Program-made: the position numbers and the translations under genes | The notes under the pieces: model-generated | Databases searched by the model: none | What the model was told of the DNA's origin: nothing | The model's input: the letters and a program-made list of their open reading frames with translations, nothing else | From: Bugula neritina | Lineage: Eukaryota > Animalia > Bryozoa | Reading direction: 5' to 3' | NCBI GenBank assembly: GCA_964035545.1 | Contig: OZ037767.1 | Coordinates: forward strand, 9,124,581 to 9,188,580 | Length of the DNA: 64,000 nucleotides | Shown: piece by piece, positions 52,601 through 64,000 of the stretch | Position numbering within the stretch: the stretch's first letter is position 1 | How the letters are laid out: each line of letters opens with the position of its first letter

Positions 52601-54818
52601 ATATTCCAACAAAATCAATTAAGAAGAATTGATTTAAAAAGGCAAAAAGCATTTGCTATTGGCAAGAATGTTTGTTATTAAAAGTAATAGATATTATTCA
52701 GGTACAACTGCTTAGCCTATCACAGTAGAGGTTACCTTGATAGCAGTTCGGTAGAGACTAGCCATTGAGAGCATTATTTTCTTCTTAATATTAACATTCT
52801 CATCATATAGCAGTATGTTAAGGTTCCCTATAATCTTAGACAAGATCTCTCCGTCTACTTTGCTACAATAAAAAGACTCTCACCAGAAACAACGATAGCT
52901 TTTCATATAATACAAAGCACTAATACACCTTCAATATGCAACAATCAGTAATAAAGTCAATACAACTGTGCATTAGCTCCTTAACAATATCGTTTTTTAC
53001 ATTTAGTTAGCAGCATTACGAGGAGCAATTGCGGCATCTTATACCACATTTGTTAAGTTCCAACTCGGGCCAGTGGTGATACTAAGAAAAGCTTATGATG
53101 ATAAATTTTTCTGCGCCACAGGATAATCTCCCTAAACTGACTAGCAGCTTGGTGAAGGTGCAGTCTTTAACTCACTGAATACCCTTACCATCACAGATTC
53201 TCAAAGGGAGAGAGACTCGAATTTAATGCTAATTTTTAGCATGAAAAATTACAACTGGGTAGGTTTGCAGGTCAAACATGTTCCAAACACCAGCCGTTTC
53301 TGATTAAACAGTTTGTTACGCATCAGCTTATCTATAACTACATTTCAAAAACTACATTTTAAAATTCCAGCACTTTCTAACAGCTGATTCTCCAAGTTTT
53401 GAATATTATTTTTTCTATTGCCTTTTGAAAAGACAACAAGAAGTACAAGCAGTAAAAAACTGATTATTATGGTTATGGTTCTCCTATCCAAACCCGCAAT
53501 GCTGTTATACTAAGCCAGGGTGACATATTATCACATATAAAGGTGAGAAACTTACCATGCAAACTCCAGGAAAGTGACTACAAATTTACGAACTTCAATA
53601 GATTTGTCAGATTGGAAGCCGATAATCTCCTAAAATATTAATAATTCAGTGTACGATTACATATATGTTAAAAGAGAACAATAACAATTATAATACTAAT
53701 ACTGCTACTGCTACCACTACTTATAATTTACAGGTGTCCTACGACTTTCTCAAGAAATAATTGAAAAAGAAAAAATAAAAACATAAAGTAAAAGTTTCTA
53801 AATAGATGCAAAATTTTAGTATAAAGATCTCTAGGACTTTCATTTTAGGTTTAGATAATATAGTAATTTTCCAAGTTAGATAAAATATTCTTTGGGTAGC
53901 TCAAAAAATATTATTTTGATAAAGATAACATATTTCTCAAGAATTCAAATTAAACAACAGAAGATTTAGAAAGAAGCATACATAACAAAGAGTATTGCCT
54001 ACTTTTTTTCACGCCAAAAATACTGGGCCATTATGTATGCACGAATTCCAAAGGTTTTCTTTTCAGCCTTAGCAAAGTTTTTTTGAAAATGTACATTATG
54101 CTTACAGGTCGCCTATTTTAACAAAATTACGGAAGATATTAAATTCATGGCCACTGGTAACAGTTGCTTGCATGTTATGACATTACGCAGCACTATAGCA
54201 CATAGACAGTCACAGAAATGTGCACAAAGTGCAAGCAATGATCAATTTAGCTCAGACTACTTACATCGAAAAAGTTATCCAGAAGATTGGGTTCTTTATT
54301 GATTACAAGTTCCTGAACTTGTTTCAAGAGAATAACTTTAGCAGCCCCATTCTGTTCAAGTGAAGCCTGATTCAGCAATTCAACAACCTAAAGTGATAAC
54401 TCAAAGATATACATTATGTAGATACTGACCAGTAAACTTTTAAATAAAAAGTTTCAATAAAAAATGTAAAACAAATTACATAAAAATCATGAATAAGCGA
54501 AACCTCAATCCATATACATGACAGATAAATTGAAACAATACGAATATTGATTTCGAATCTCTTTTAATATCAAAAGTTTGTCAAAGCAGGTCATCTAATA
54601 AACACAATGCAAGTTAAGGTTGACGCAGGTAAATTTAGTTTAAAAAATTGCACATAAAAGACTTATGCACTCTTGATAGTATCCAAAATAATTTAGTGTT
54701 TCATGAGGCTATATAGTATTTATGAAACAGCAAACATGCAAAAATGTAACTCAATCTTTAAAAATAATAGAGCTTTAAAATGACTCACCAGATCATAAGA
54801 GCTACGGTCATCCATCAT
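40687..54818 (-). CDS. SYMPK: Symplekin (scaffold of cleavage/polyadenylation and histone pre-mRNA processing complexes), ~27 exons
   Basis: ATG exon 54818-54789; [29 protein letters not shown] (54387-54265); [17 protein letters not shown] (53629-53556); [21 protein letters not shown]; [37 protein letters not shown]; [12 protein letters not shown]; LPKL; [13 protein letters not shown]; [10 protein letters not shown]; last exon 40770-40687 ending RKSARNKK*. Confidence 0.95.
44079..44406. repeat. 37-bp minisatellite, ~9 copies
   Basis: ctaacagtaactactagt(a/g)tatacaggagagtg(g/a)tga repeated in a symplekin intron. Confidence 0.95.
48998..49545. repeat. 37-bp minisatellite, ~14 copies, includes a 5' splice site
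   Basis: acc(a/t)gactggtacagcactacacagtatataac(t/a)tct repeated; the terminal copy overlaps the symplekin donor cag|gtagaa. Confidence 0.95.
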
Positions 54819-55419
54819 AATCTGTTTAAAAACAAATCAAGTTAAGATGTGTGGCATAATCATCAGAGTAACTAGAAAGTAAACGAATAGTGGTTGACAA
54901 GCACAATCTCCTAGTAAAAACTTTATAGACTTTTAGTTTTTGCTGCTTATAAGCCAATACATAAAATTAAATGGCAATAATTAGGTGTTTAATTAGAATC
55001 AGATAATATGACCTGCTATTCATTATTATTAATATTAACCATTGCTTTATATCAACTATAAACTATACCAATTGCAGAAAATATAAATTATGGGATACAG
55101 CAAATATTATTCAATTAAACATAAAGGCATTAGGTTAGCTTTGTTGGTTGACACTTGCTATATTCAACGATGCAAAATTATTACCATGACATTCAGCTAG
55201 AAACGATCAACCTATGCAGTCTAGCAACATTATAAACATGCAACTAGAAGTGGCTGTGAACAAATGAAAACTTTACTTTTAGATTTGGTTTTTCACTCAA
55301 GCAAGTTCATAGTCACCATCCCTGTGAGAAAACCCCTGATGGAAGGGGTTTTTGTTAAATCGGGCTTAGGACTTATTCATATGTGGTACAGGAGCAATTA
55401 TTATATTCTCCGTGCATCT

Positions 55420-55745
55420 CATATTAGTATCACTATTAGCATTAGATTAATGAATTCAATACCATAATCATAATGATAATTAATGATATTGATAATGTTT
55501 ACAACTACATTGGGATTGATAATCATTATCATAATGATAATCGTTTAATTTTATGATTTAAAATTAATCATACTAATACTAATAGTAATAGTAATAGTAA
55601 TACTAATATTTATAGTAATACTAATAGTAATACTAATACTAATACTAATAGTAATAGTAATACTAATAGTAATACTAATAGTAATACTAATACTAATAGT
55701 AATAACTAATAATTACAATGAATAATTAATATTATAATGAATAAA
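55420..55745. repeat. 6-bp-periodic low-complexity tract (TAATAG/TAATAC)
   Basis: taatag/taatac mosaic array. Confidence 0.85.
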
Positions 55746-55849
55746 TGAGTAGAACTTCCAATGCTCATTTGGCTTTGCTAGGGCCTATCTTAATCTTCAA
55801 GTTCATGATCATCTTGGAAAAAATGAATAATAATATAAATATAGCTACA

Positions 55850-56520
55850 GTGTAACGACATTTAACCGTAACACTAATAATAGTTCAGAAACTAAAACTG
55901 ATTGAATTCATGGTTTAGACCGGTGATCGCTACATATAGCACGAAGTTCGGGGTCACTGAGTTTAACGTTTGTATAGATTTTATGTAATGTACAAACAAT
56001 GAGCTCAATACTATTTTCTAGCTCAGTGTGTACAAACCCCCAAACTTGAAGTTAAAAGCTTGAACTGCTGCACTCAGTGATCACGAATTTTGTGCTGCTT
56101 TAAGCGAGCTCTTTTAGAACCCCTGTTTCGAATTTCTACAATCACAGCGCCTAGTAATTTTGAGGCTGAAATAATTAAATATAAAATACAATTTACGACG
56201 TAAACCCGGTTATACCCGATAAGTTAAAATATAATATTTGGTCGGCATTAGGTTATTTACCTTTGAACGAAAAGGGCAAAAAACAGGTAGCTCCAACATG
56301 CAACAAATTATTGCTAGCACCCGATTCGATAAACAAGTAGCAGCGGATGTACTGCCACAAACAAAATTTTAAAAAACTATTGTAGTTAGGTAGTTGAAAA
56401 CTTGAAGTAGTCCATACATTCGTGTTGAGAGCCAGCCATATACTTGGATTGAAGTTTTTTTTACCTGTTTAAGTTCACCTTATGGCTTATACTTATAGCG
56501 GCCTTAATACAGATATGCAT
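55850..56520. promoter_or_regulatory. Putative bidirectional promoter region SYMPK (-) / GALNT7 (+)
   Basis: CpG-enriched island between divergent genes; both ATG exons are preceded by acceptor sites; candidate donor caaag|gtaaat at ~56260 (-). Confidence 0.5.
55937..56097. mobile_element. MITE-like element with ~25-bp imperfect terminal inverted repeats; related fragments at ~4360-4425 and ~19143-19207
   Basis: agcacgaagttcggggtcactgagt ... actcagtgatcacgaattttgtgct; 4368-4410 vs reverse complement of 19143-19185 align over 43 nt with only transition mismatches. Confidence 0.6.
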
Positions 56521-56584
56521 ATACTTAATCTTATACTTTGTCTTAAATTAGTAGATATTCATGTAATAACAGTAATTTTATAAA

Positions 56585-57120
56585 CATCATCATTATTATT
56601 AATATTAAATTCAATTATAATATTTTTTTATATTGTTATTAAATTTAATAATATATTTAAATGATTAATATTATTATTATAGTTATAGTTATACTGTTAG
56701 TATTACTTATAGTTATACTTATAGTTACACTTTATACTTTAAGTTTAAGTTTATAGTTATACTTATACTTATAGTTATAGTTATAGTAACACTAAATCAA
56801 ATGTAGTAGTAGTACTACTAGTACTACAGTACTAGTAGTATTAGCAGTACTAAGTCTAATACAGTAAATGAGTAATACTAATAGTAATAGACTAATAGTA
56901 ATAGGCTAATACTAGTTCAATAATCCAATCATTGATTCAGTATCACTATCAGTATGAGTATCAGTGTGATTTGATTATCATTAAATCATTATGGAGCAAT
57001 ATGATTATTATTGTGTTTAAGTTTATGATTAAATTCCATCATTATTATCATCAATCATGATAATGATACAAATGATTAGATACCATACACTTACAGTATA
57101 CTATAACTATAAATAATACT
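56585..57120. repeat. 6-bp-periodic low-complexity tract (TTATAG/TTATAC, TAATAG, TATCAS)
   Basis: Hexamer mosaic array. Confidence 0.8.
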
Positions 57121-59142
57121 TGTATTTTTATATGGAATGAAATTGTTATGTTTTAAATCTAAAAGTAAAAGTCAAATACAAAAAGTACATCACCAAATTT
57201 AAAAGAAAAATAAATGAAACTTTATAGCAGGTTCAAGCTTGGATGTGAGCGAAAGTTTACATTTTTTGCCTAAGGCATGCAGATTGAGATAGTGTTCGTG
57301 TTGCTGTTGAAGTGGTAAAAATTGTTGATACATTTACAATTACTAATAACTATAAAGTAGTGCAAGTTTTATATTTCAATATTTTTTATTGTTTTGAGAT
57401 TGCATACTTATAGTTATACTCCTGTTGACATTACCATGATCATTTATGATCATTGCAAGCGTAAAACGTAATCTGTATTTTGCTTCTACTCACTTCTGAT
57501 AAGTGATGATTACATTATCATTACAATAAAACCTATAAAACTCAACTTGATGCTTATGGTCGCCAGATTTCATAAACATTGCAATGGTTTTTATTTTAAT
57601 TTGAATCATCACAATGCAATTAACACGAATTATTACATTTCCGGTTACATTGTGTTGGTTTAAATTTAAAAAGCTATATGCTTGTAATATAAAATGCAAG
57701 TGGTCCATGCCCTGCAAATATTAGCTGATATTATTTAATTGTATTTTTCTAGTCATTCAGTTACTAATTAGTGTCACTTAGTCATTTACATTTACCAGTT
57801 GAAAAATACCAGTAATGTTAAACTTAATTAGTTTGAGTTTTATTCAGTCTTGTTGAAGGGTTTTGCAACATGTAACAGTAAAAGTTCTTCAGATCATTGT
57901 GAACTTACAAGCGAAGTTAAATATAACTATTGAAACAGCAAATATAACTGAAATGTGTCAAACGCAATTACTATAAGTTATAAAAAATTGACATTGACAT
58001 TACCTGACCTTTATGTTCATAAGCAGCATTTTTGGTGTCAGCTAATGAGCTAATATTTTTTAGTTGCATTTGTTTTCATTAAAAAAGATTTCAATTTTTT
58101 TAAATGATCCAATAGTAACTTTTATTAAACAAAATGTATATGCCAAGTTTTGAGTTTCAAATAAGTCTTACTAAAACATGATATTACTTTTAAAAAGCTG
58201 TATTTTCAGAATGAGTTTCATGAGATTCAAATAAAACTAGAAGAAGATTGGTTAAGACAGTTTAATTACTTTGAGTTCGCCGCAATTTCTTAACACATAT
58301 AATTGAGTTTTATTAGCTTCTTGAGCTGATGAAACAAATCTGTCAATACTTGCATAGAAGTGTTGTGTTTCATAGTACATTTTCTGTTCCTATTTCTTCA
58401 CTTAGCCACATAATGCCACTGTGCTTCAGTAAAAAAGATAATAATGAATAAAACCTGTCATAACTCGTCACCTTCTATTTCACAACTTTAATATATGTGT
58501 AATAATAGAGACTTTTGAAGTTGTTTTTGGTTTTATTGACATGTATATATAATAAATAGATATAATTCTATTATCTGAATTCATGGTGATTGAAACCCCG
58601 CTTGTAATAAATTTACTCAGGTTTGCTATTTAGTTAAAGTTATGATTATTTATTTTGTACTTTGAAAGTGGTAGTGATCCGTTTGTAACAACTTATGTAC
58701 ACATGCATACACACATGCATGCACATTGCTCACATACAGCAGTACTGTTAAATATTTAATTATGTTGGACAAGGAAAAAATCATCTTTTTATTTCAAGAG
58801 CAAAAGTGATTCTACACTGCTTGCTGGTACCAATACTAAAATAATATGCTGAAAAAGATAATATTTTTTTCAATTTAGTGGCTTACAGTTACAAAACACC
58901 ATTATGGTGAAGCTAAATTTTTTAACTAAATTTTTATAGTTTTTCTTTTCATTTTAGTTATTTTTAGTTGCATTTCTGTGCATTATACATAAGCTATTTC
59001 CCAATTTAGCAATTCTATTTAGTTTGAGAAATAGATTTCAACATAAGTGACTGCTTGTTAACTTTCTTTTATCAATTTAACATGTATTTTTTTAGATCAT
59101 GTAAACTACTCTACAACCTAGAAGAATATAAAAGAGAAAACA

Positions 59143-62100
59143 ATGAGGCTCACTATCAATAACCTCCTTAAAATATTTGCTGCTATTATATTTGTTGTGT
59201 TTGTTGGGCCATCTATTGTTTCATTCTTTGACCGGCCGAGTGGTGAAGAAAGTTATCATAAACATAGAAGAGATGTTAAACATAGTGATGATGATTTACA
59301 CAAAGGAGGTCCTAATATAGACCTGCCAGATCACAATTCATATGATGCTAAAAAAGTGGAGGTTAGAGATAAAGATTATTGTTTTTTTAAAGCCAATGTT
59401 TTAGTTTAACTACCTCTACAGTTGGTTTATAATATGTAAATGTAAACTTATTTATTGTTAGTATTTCATGTCTAACTTTATTTCTAACATTCAAAAATGT
59501 CCCTTTATTGCAGCTATTCACACTGTGTAGTAGTAGTATGTAGTTTTGCTCCGGTGGAGATGATTGATACACTAGTAATTTGATTGGTTGATATAAGTAA
59601 GTCTCTCTTTAATACCAGTTTGTAGTGATTGATGGGAAGCTTATTAAAGGATTAATGTAATTGCTTGAGGCACCCATTTTAATATTAATTAGTGATAGTC
59701 ATAGGGCTGCAATCTATTTTGTAATGCATATTGTGATAGTCATTCTAGTATACAAAATGAACTGTTTCATATTGTCTGGCCATTACTTCACAGCCCCAGA
59801 TTGGCAAGCCAAAGTCTGTTTTGCAAGGAAGCAGGGGGAGTGATGATTCGTTGACAATGGGTCCTACTGCAACCTTAAAGAAAGATATTCTTGGAAATTT
59901 TGAACCTGTTATTAAAAAAGGCGCTGGTCCAGGTATGAGACTATGGAGTTATGTCACATCTTTCAAATCTCTCAAATTTTAAAAACTGATCTCTCATCCA
60001 CTTAACTTGCTACATCCTTTAAGAAAAGTTTCTATATTTATGTATGACTTTAAGTATTGTAATATGGAAAATTATCACTGCTAATGTAGTATTTTGTGGC
60101 CAAATCACTATGTAATATTATGTTGGAAAATACATTATTGTGGTGGGTTCTCACTCACTTAGGCTTTCTTCAAGTCTGTCTGGTAGTCCAGTTGTAGTCA
60201 ATTTCAAATCAGCAGATAATTTGAAGTTTGAGCCCCATTACAGGAAAATTCTTTCAACAATTTTAGGTCATTTTCAAAGCTTTTGCTACTTGTACTTCAC
60301 CTGCGGTTATTTGTTTGGTATGCATCATGCAGGTGAAAATGGAGAGCCTGTGTTCCACGACATGTCTGAAGATCGTGAGGCCAAGAGACAGCTACAACAA
60401 TATGGGTTCAACATGGTGGTTAGTGATAAAATAGCCATGAATCGTACTATACCGGACACCAGACTGGATGAGTACGTATTACTTGATACATCCTGGCTAT
60501 ATCTATTATAGAATAGGCTCTATTTAGTGAGGGTATTTCAGACTTATCTCTCAACAGTTACATGTGTAAAATGTCAAAAACAAAAATACTTGTTCGTGGT
60601 AAAATGTTTTACAATTGAAGTCAATTATTTAGTTCACACATGTTATATTAAATGTATATAATTAATGTAACTATTTACTACTAGCAAAGTAGAGTCATCG
60701 ACTACATTTTATTATTAGAACAGTTTTATTCTGATATATTAATGAACTTTAAACATGAGTTAAGATAATTGCATACTAGGTGGTGATGCTTCCAGTACAT
60801 CAGTTTATTACTACTTTATTACATGGTTCTCTCGCATAATGACTACAATTACTATATTTATTATGAAGACCAATCTATGTACTAGTAAAAAGTGATACAC
60901 GGATTTCAATTGATGTTCTGTGAATTATAAGTCAAACGTCGGATAGAATAACTTGATTTCAATGTTTCAGGTGTAAATATTGGCACTACCCTACAGACCT
61001 GCCCTCAGCCAGTGTTATTTTGGTATTTCATAATGAGGGTTTCTCAACTTTAGTCCGTACTGTGCATAGTGTTATTAATACATCTCCTCCTCAGTATCTC
61101 AAAGAGATTGTTATGGTGGACGATTTTAGTGACAAAGGTAAGTTTTATTTGCGCAAGTAGAGTTTTTTAGTTGTAAAATGCTTGTTCGATTAACCTCTCT
61201 GCAACTAAAGGATTCTTGACTTTAAAATATATAAAAAGTTGTAAGCCTTTTTATAAGAGATCTTATATCACTCATCTTTATCTCGTGTTTCCTTCAATTA
61301 AAGCTAAAATGGGGAATTTATATGTTTGCAACTGTGGCTTTTATGACTGACTGTTTTGTGTTAGGTTATAGAGGCAACAAGTTTAGCTGGTCTTTCTTTG
61401 TCTGAGAAATGTGGTAAAACAAGATATTACAAGAATTGTTATTCAAACATAGTAATTAAAAAATAAGAGCATGTTTTTTAGTAGATGAGTTTGACTTGTG
61501 TGTAACATACCGAGCATGAATAAACACCATCTTGTTGAATGTAATATAAAATTGTCAAATAAATAAACGATACATTTATATATATCTTTTGTATATTTTG
61601 GTTTCTGTTACTTTGTTGATTAATTTCTCTATCACATCACGCTGTTGGTTGTATTTTACAGAACACTTGAAGGACAAACTAGAAGAGTATCTCCGTCAGT
61701 TCAAAGGTTTAGTGAAACTGTTCAGGAACTCTCAGAGGGAAGGTCTCATCAGAACTCGTACAATCGGAGCCCGGCACGCCACTGGAGATGTCATCATCTT
61801 CTTGGACGCTCACTGCGAGTGTAACAGGAACTGGCTGGTGCCTTTACTGGCTCGGATCAGATATAACAGGTCAGTTAGAGCGAGGGAATGGACATCCTAA
61901 TGTAGCTTTTATGAAACATATTTTTGTTGTGGCTGTGAGACAATTGGACAAAATAATTTCCTAACTACTATGTAAGTTTAAGTTTTAAGGTACACTGCCC
62001 TTTGTTAAATTGAATGTTTTGAAGCGGCTGCTAGCATTGTTGAATCAAGAATCCATTCACTGCTTCACTTTGTGCCGTGTGGCTCATAATATCTTTTCAA

Positions 62101-63947
62101 ATTGTTCAATTTTAGTGTGTAGGTTTCCATATCACATTGCGAAATCTCCAAGCCTAGTATCTGATCAAACTTTAAAAATGCTTTTTATAATATACTGTAT
62201 AATAATATCTGTTCTGTATCTAATATGTGCTTTTGGAAACCAAGTTAAAACTCAATCTATATTTTTTGTGCTTCACTTTTAACAATGCATATTTATTTAC
62301 ACCATTGCGCAAATTTTAAATTCATGGAGGGATGCTTTTTTAGAAAAATAATGGCAGTGCCCACCATCGACGGGATTGACTTCAACACCTTCCGTGTTAG
62401 ACCTGTCTATTCTCACGGCACCCATTACAGAGGCATCTTTGAGTGGGGCTTTCTCTACAAGGAGTCTGAGGTTCCGCAGAGAGAGCTGGATAGGCGGGCA
62501 CACTTCAGCGAACCCTACAGGTAGCACGCTACGCTGTTTAGAAAGTGAATGCTAGTTGTGGACTACAAATACTTTACTCTATCAAATTACAACTCTCAGG
62601 TGTCAGTCACACCTATGCTTCTTATATTTTGAGGCAATCAGGGCTTCTCTAAGTCAAAGCAACCATTTAGTCATATAATTTTGTGTGTCACTTGTAGAGC
62701 ACCCACACACGCTGGAGGTCTCTTTGCTATGGACAGATCCTATTTCTTTGAGCTCGGTGCATATGATGATGGTCTACTTATTTGGGGCGGAGAGAACTTT
62801 GAACTTTCCTTTAAGGTACATAACCACACGCTTGCACCTCTCTCTGTCATCATCACATAATATTGCCATACAATGCTCCCACCACACCCTCTCTCCTACA
62901 TCTTATAATACATGTACTTCTACTGTAACATCTCACTAATACTTATATTGTATAATTGTACACATGAGTCATTATCTTTTAATTGTAGATCTGGCAGTGT
63001 GGCGGTGAAATAGAGTGGGTTCCCTGCTCCAGAGTTGCCCATGTTTACAGAAACCATATGCCATACAGTTTTGGTAAACTGGATACAAAAATACCCATCA
63101 TACAAATAGTGAGTATAAAGCATGTTTTCGGTTATAATGTTGTTAATTGTCTATTGTGCCGTCTCGTTCAGTCTAAAATTGAATGAAATTATTTCGTTGC
63201 TAGTTTTACAATGAACAAAGGGTAATGTCTTATGAGTTGCATAAAAGTGTCAGATGTTTATTTACATGGCTAACTCATTAGATATTTGACATTAAATGAT
63301 GAAATATATTTTATAGTGTTGACAATTAATACTAGTATAAAATATACCATGGTATTTGTAGCCAGATACTCCACCCATATATTTACGATGTTCTTGTCTT
63401 TTATCTCATATTATTTTATATTTTTTCTATTGTCTATATGTCTAATATTTGGAATACTGCCATTGTTTCAAAATATCTAACCATAATATTTTCACTATTT
63501 CTCTTGCTCAATGGACTGCCCCTTCATTAATTAAGTTTAATTTGCAGTCGTGAATTAGGTCATATCTTATATATGGTAATGTGTGTTACAAAAGGAATGT
63601 TGATATACTACACAAAGTTGTGTGAATATGCTTAATAATAGGGTGGTAAATGCTCGCTGTTCTTCAATTATAATACTTTTACAGCTGGTTTGTACAAATT
63701 TGACTTGGTTGGTTGAATCTTGCTCAAGTATAGACTGTAGTCCACATGTTCTTGTGCTTCCTGCCCTGTGTATAACCGTTAGCAACTGGTACACAGTCTA
63801 CTAGTAGAACCAGGTGAAAGAGCGTATATGTGGTATATGCAATGATTGTACTTTAGAACTATATGAGGGTAGTTGAAGTGTGGCTGGATGATGAATATAA
63901 AGAGTACTTTTATACAAGAGAGCCATCAGTACGGGGCTATGATATAG
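59143..63947 (+). CDS. GALNT7: Polypeptide N-acetylgalactosaminyltransferase, GALNT7/pgant7-like (3' partial, continues beyond window)
   Basis: Exons 59143-59361 (signal-anchor TM), 59794-59932 (LGNFEP..GPG), 60333-60471, 60971-61137 ([11 protein letters not shown]), 61662-61869 (FLDAHCE, DxH), 62344-62520, 62698-62815 ([20 protein letters not shown]), 62989-63108 ([16 protein letters not shown]), 63857-63947. Confidence 0.92.
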
Positions 63948-64000
63948 GTGAGCTGTTGCTACATCTCCTCTCTATTCTCTCCCTTCACAGAGTTATTTTT

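Overview
AT-rich eukaryotic (invertebrate metazoan, probably lophotrochozoan; species not determinable from sequence alone) genomic DNA with compact GT-AG introns. Left to right: the last two exons of a gene (+); a tandem paralogue encoding a 5-sushi/CCP single-pass membrane protein with the same cytoplasmic tail motifs (+); an MLH3-like MutL gene that appears to lack the C-terminal endonuclease domain (-); a divergent promoter; TMEM229B (+) with decayed gypsy and copia remnants upstream of its start codon; organic solute transporter alpha (-); symplekin (-); a second divergent promoter; and a GALNT7/pgant7-like gene (+, runs off the window). Non-coding structure includes a ~100-bp-arm perfect palindrome between two (TA)n tracts, several intronic minisatellites, a small MITE-like family and degenerate tRNA-like SINE heads. 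A 6-bp-periodic W5S low-complexity tract sits just downstream of each of the five inferred transcription starts. Exon boundaries were derived by hand and protein identifications are from recalled family motifs; no database searches were run.
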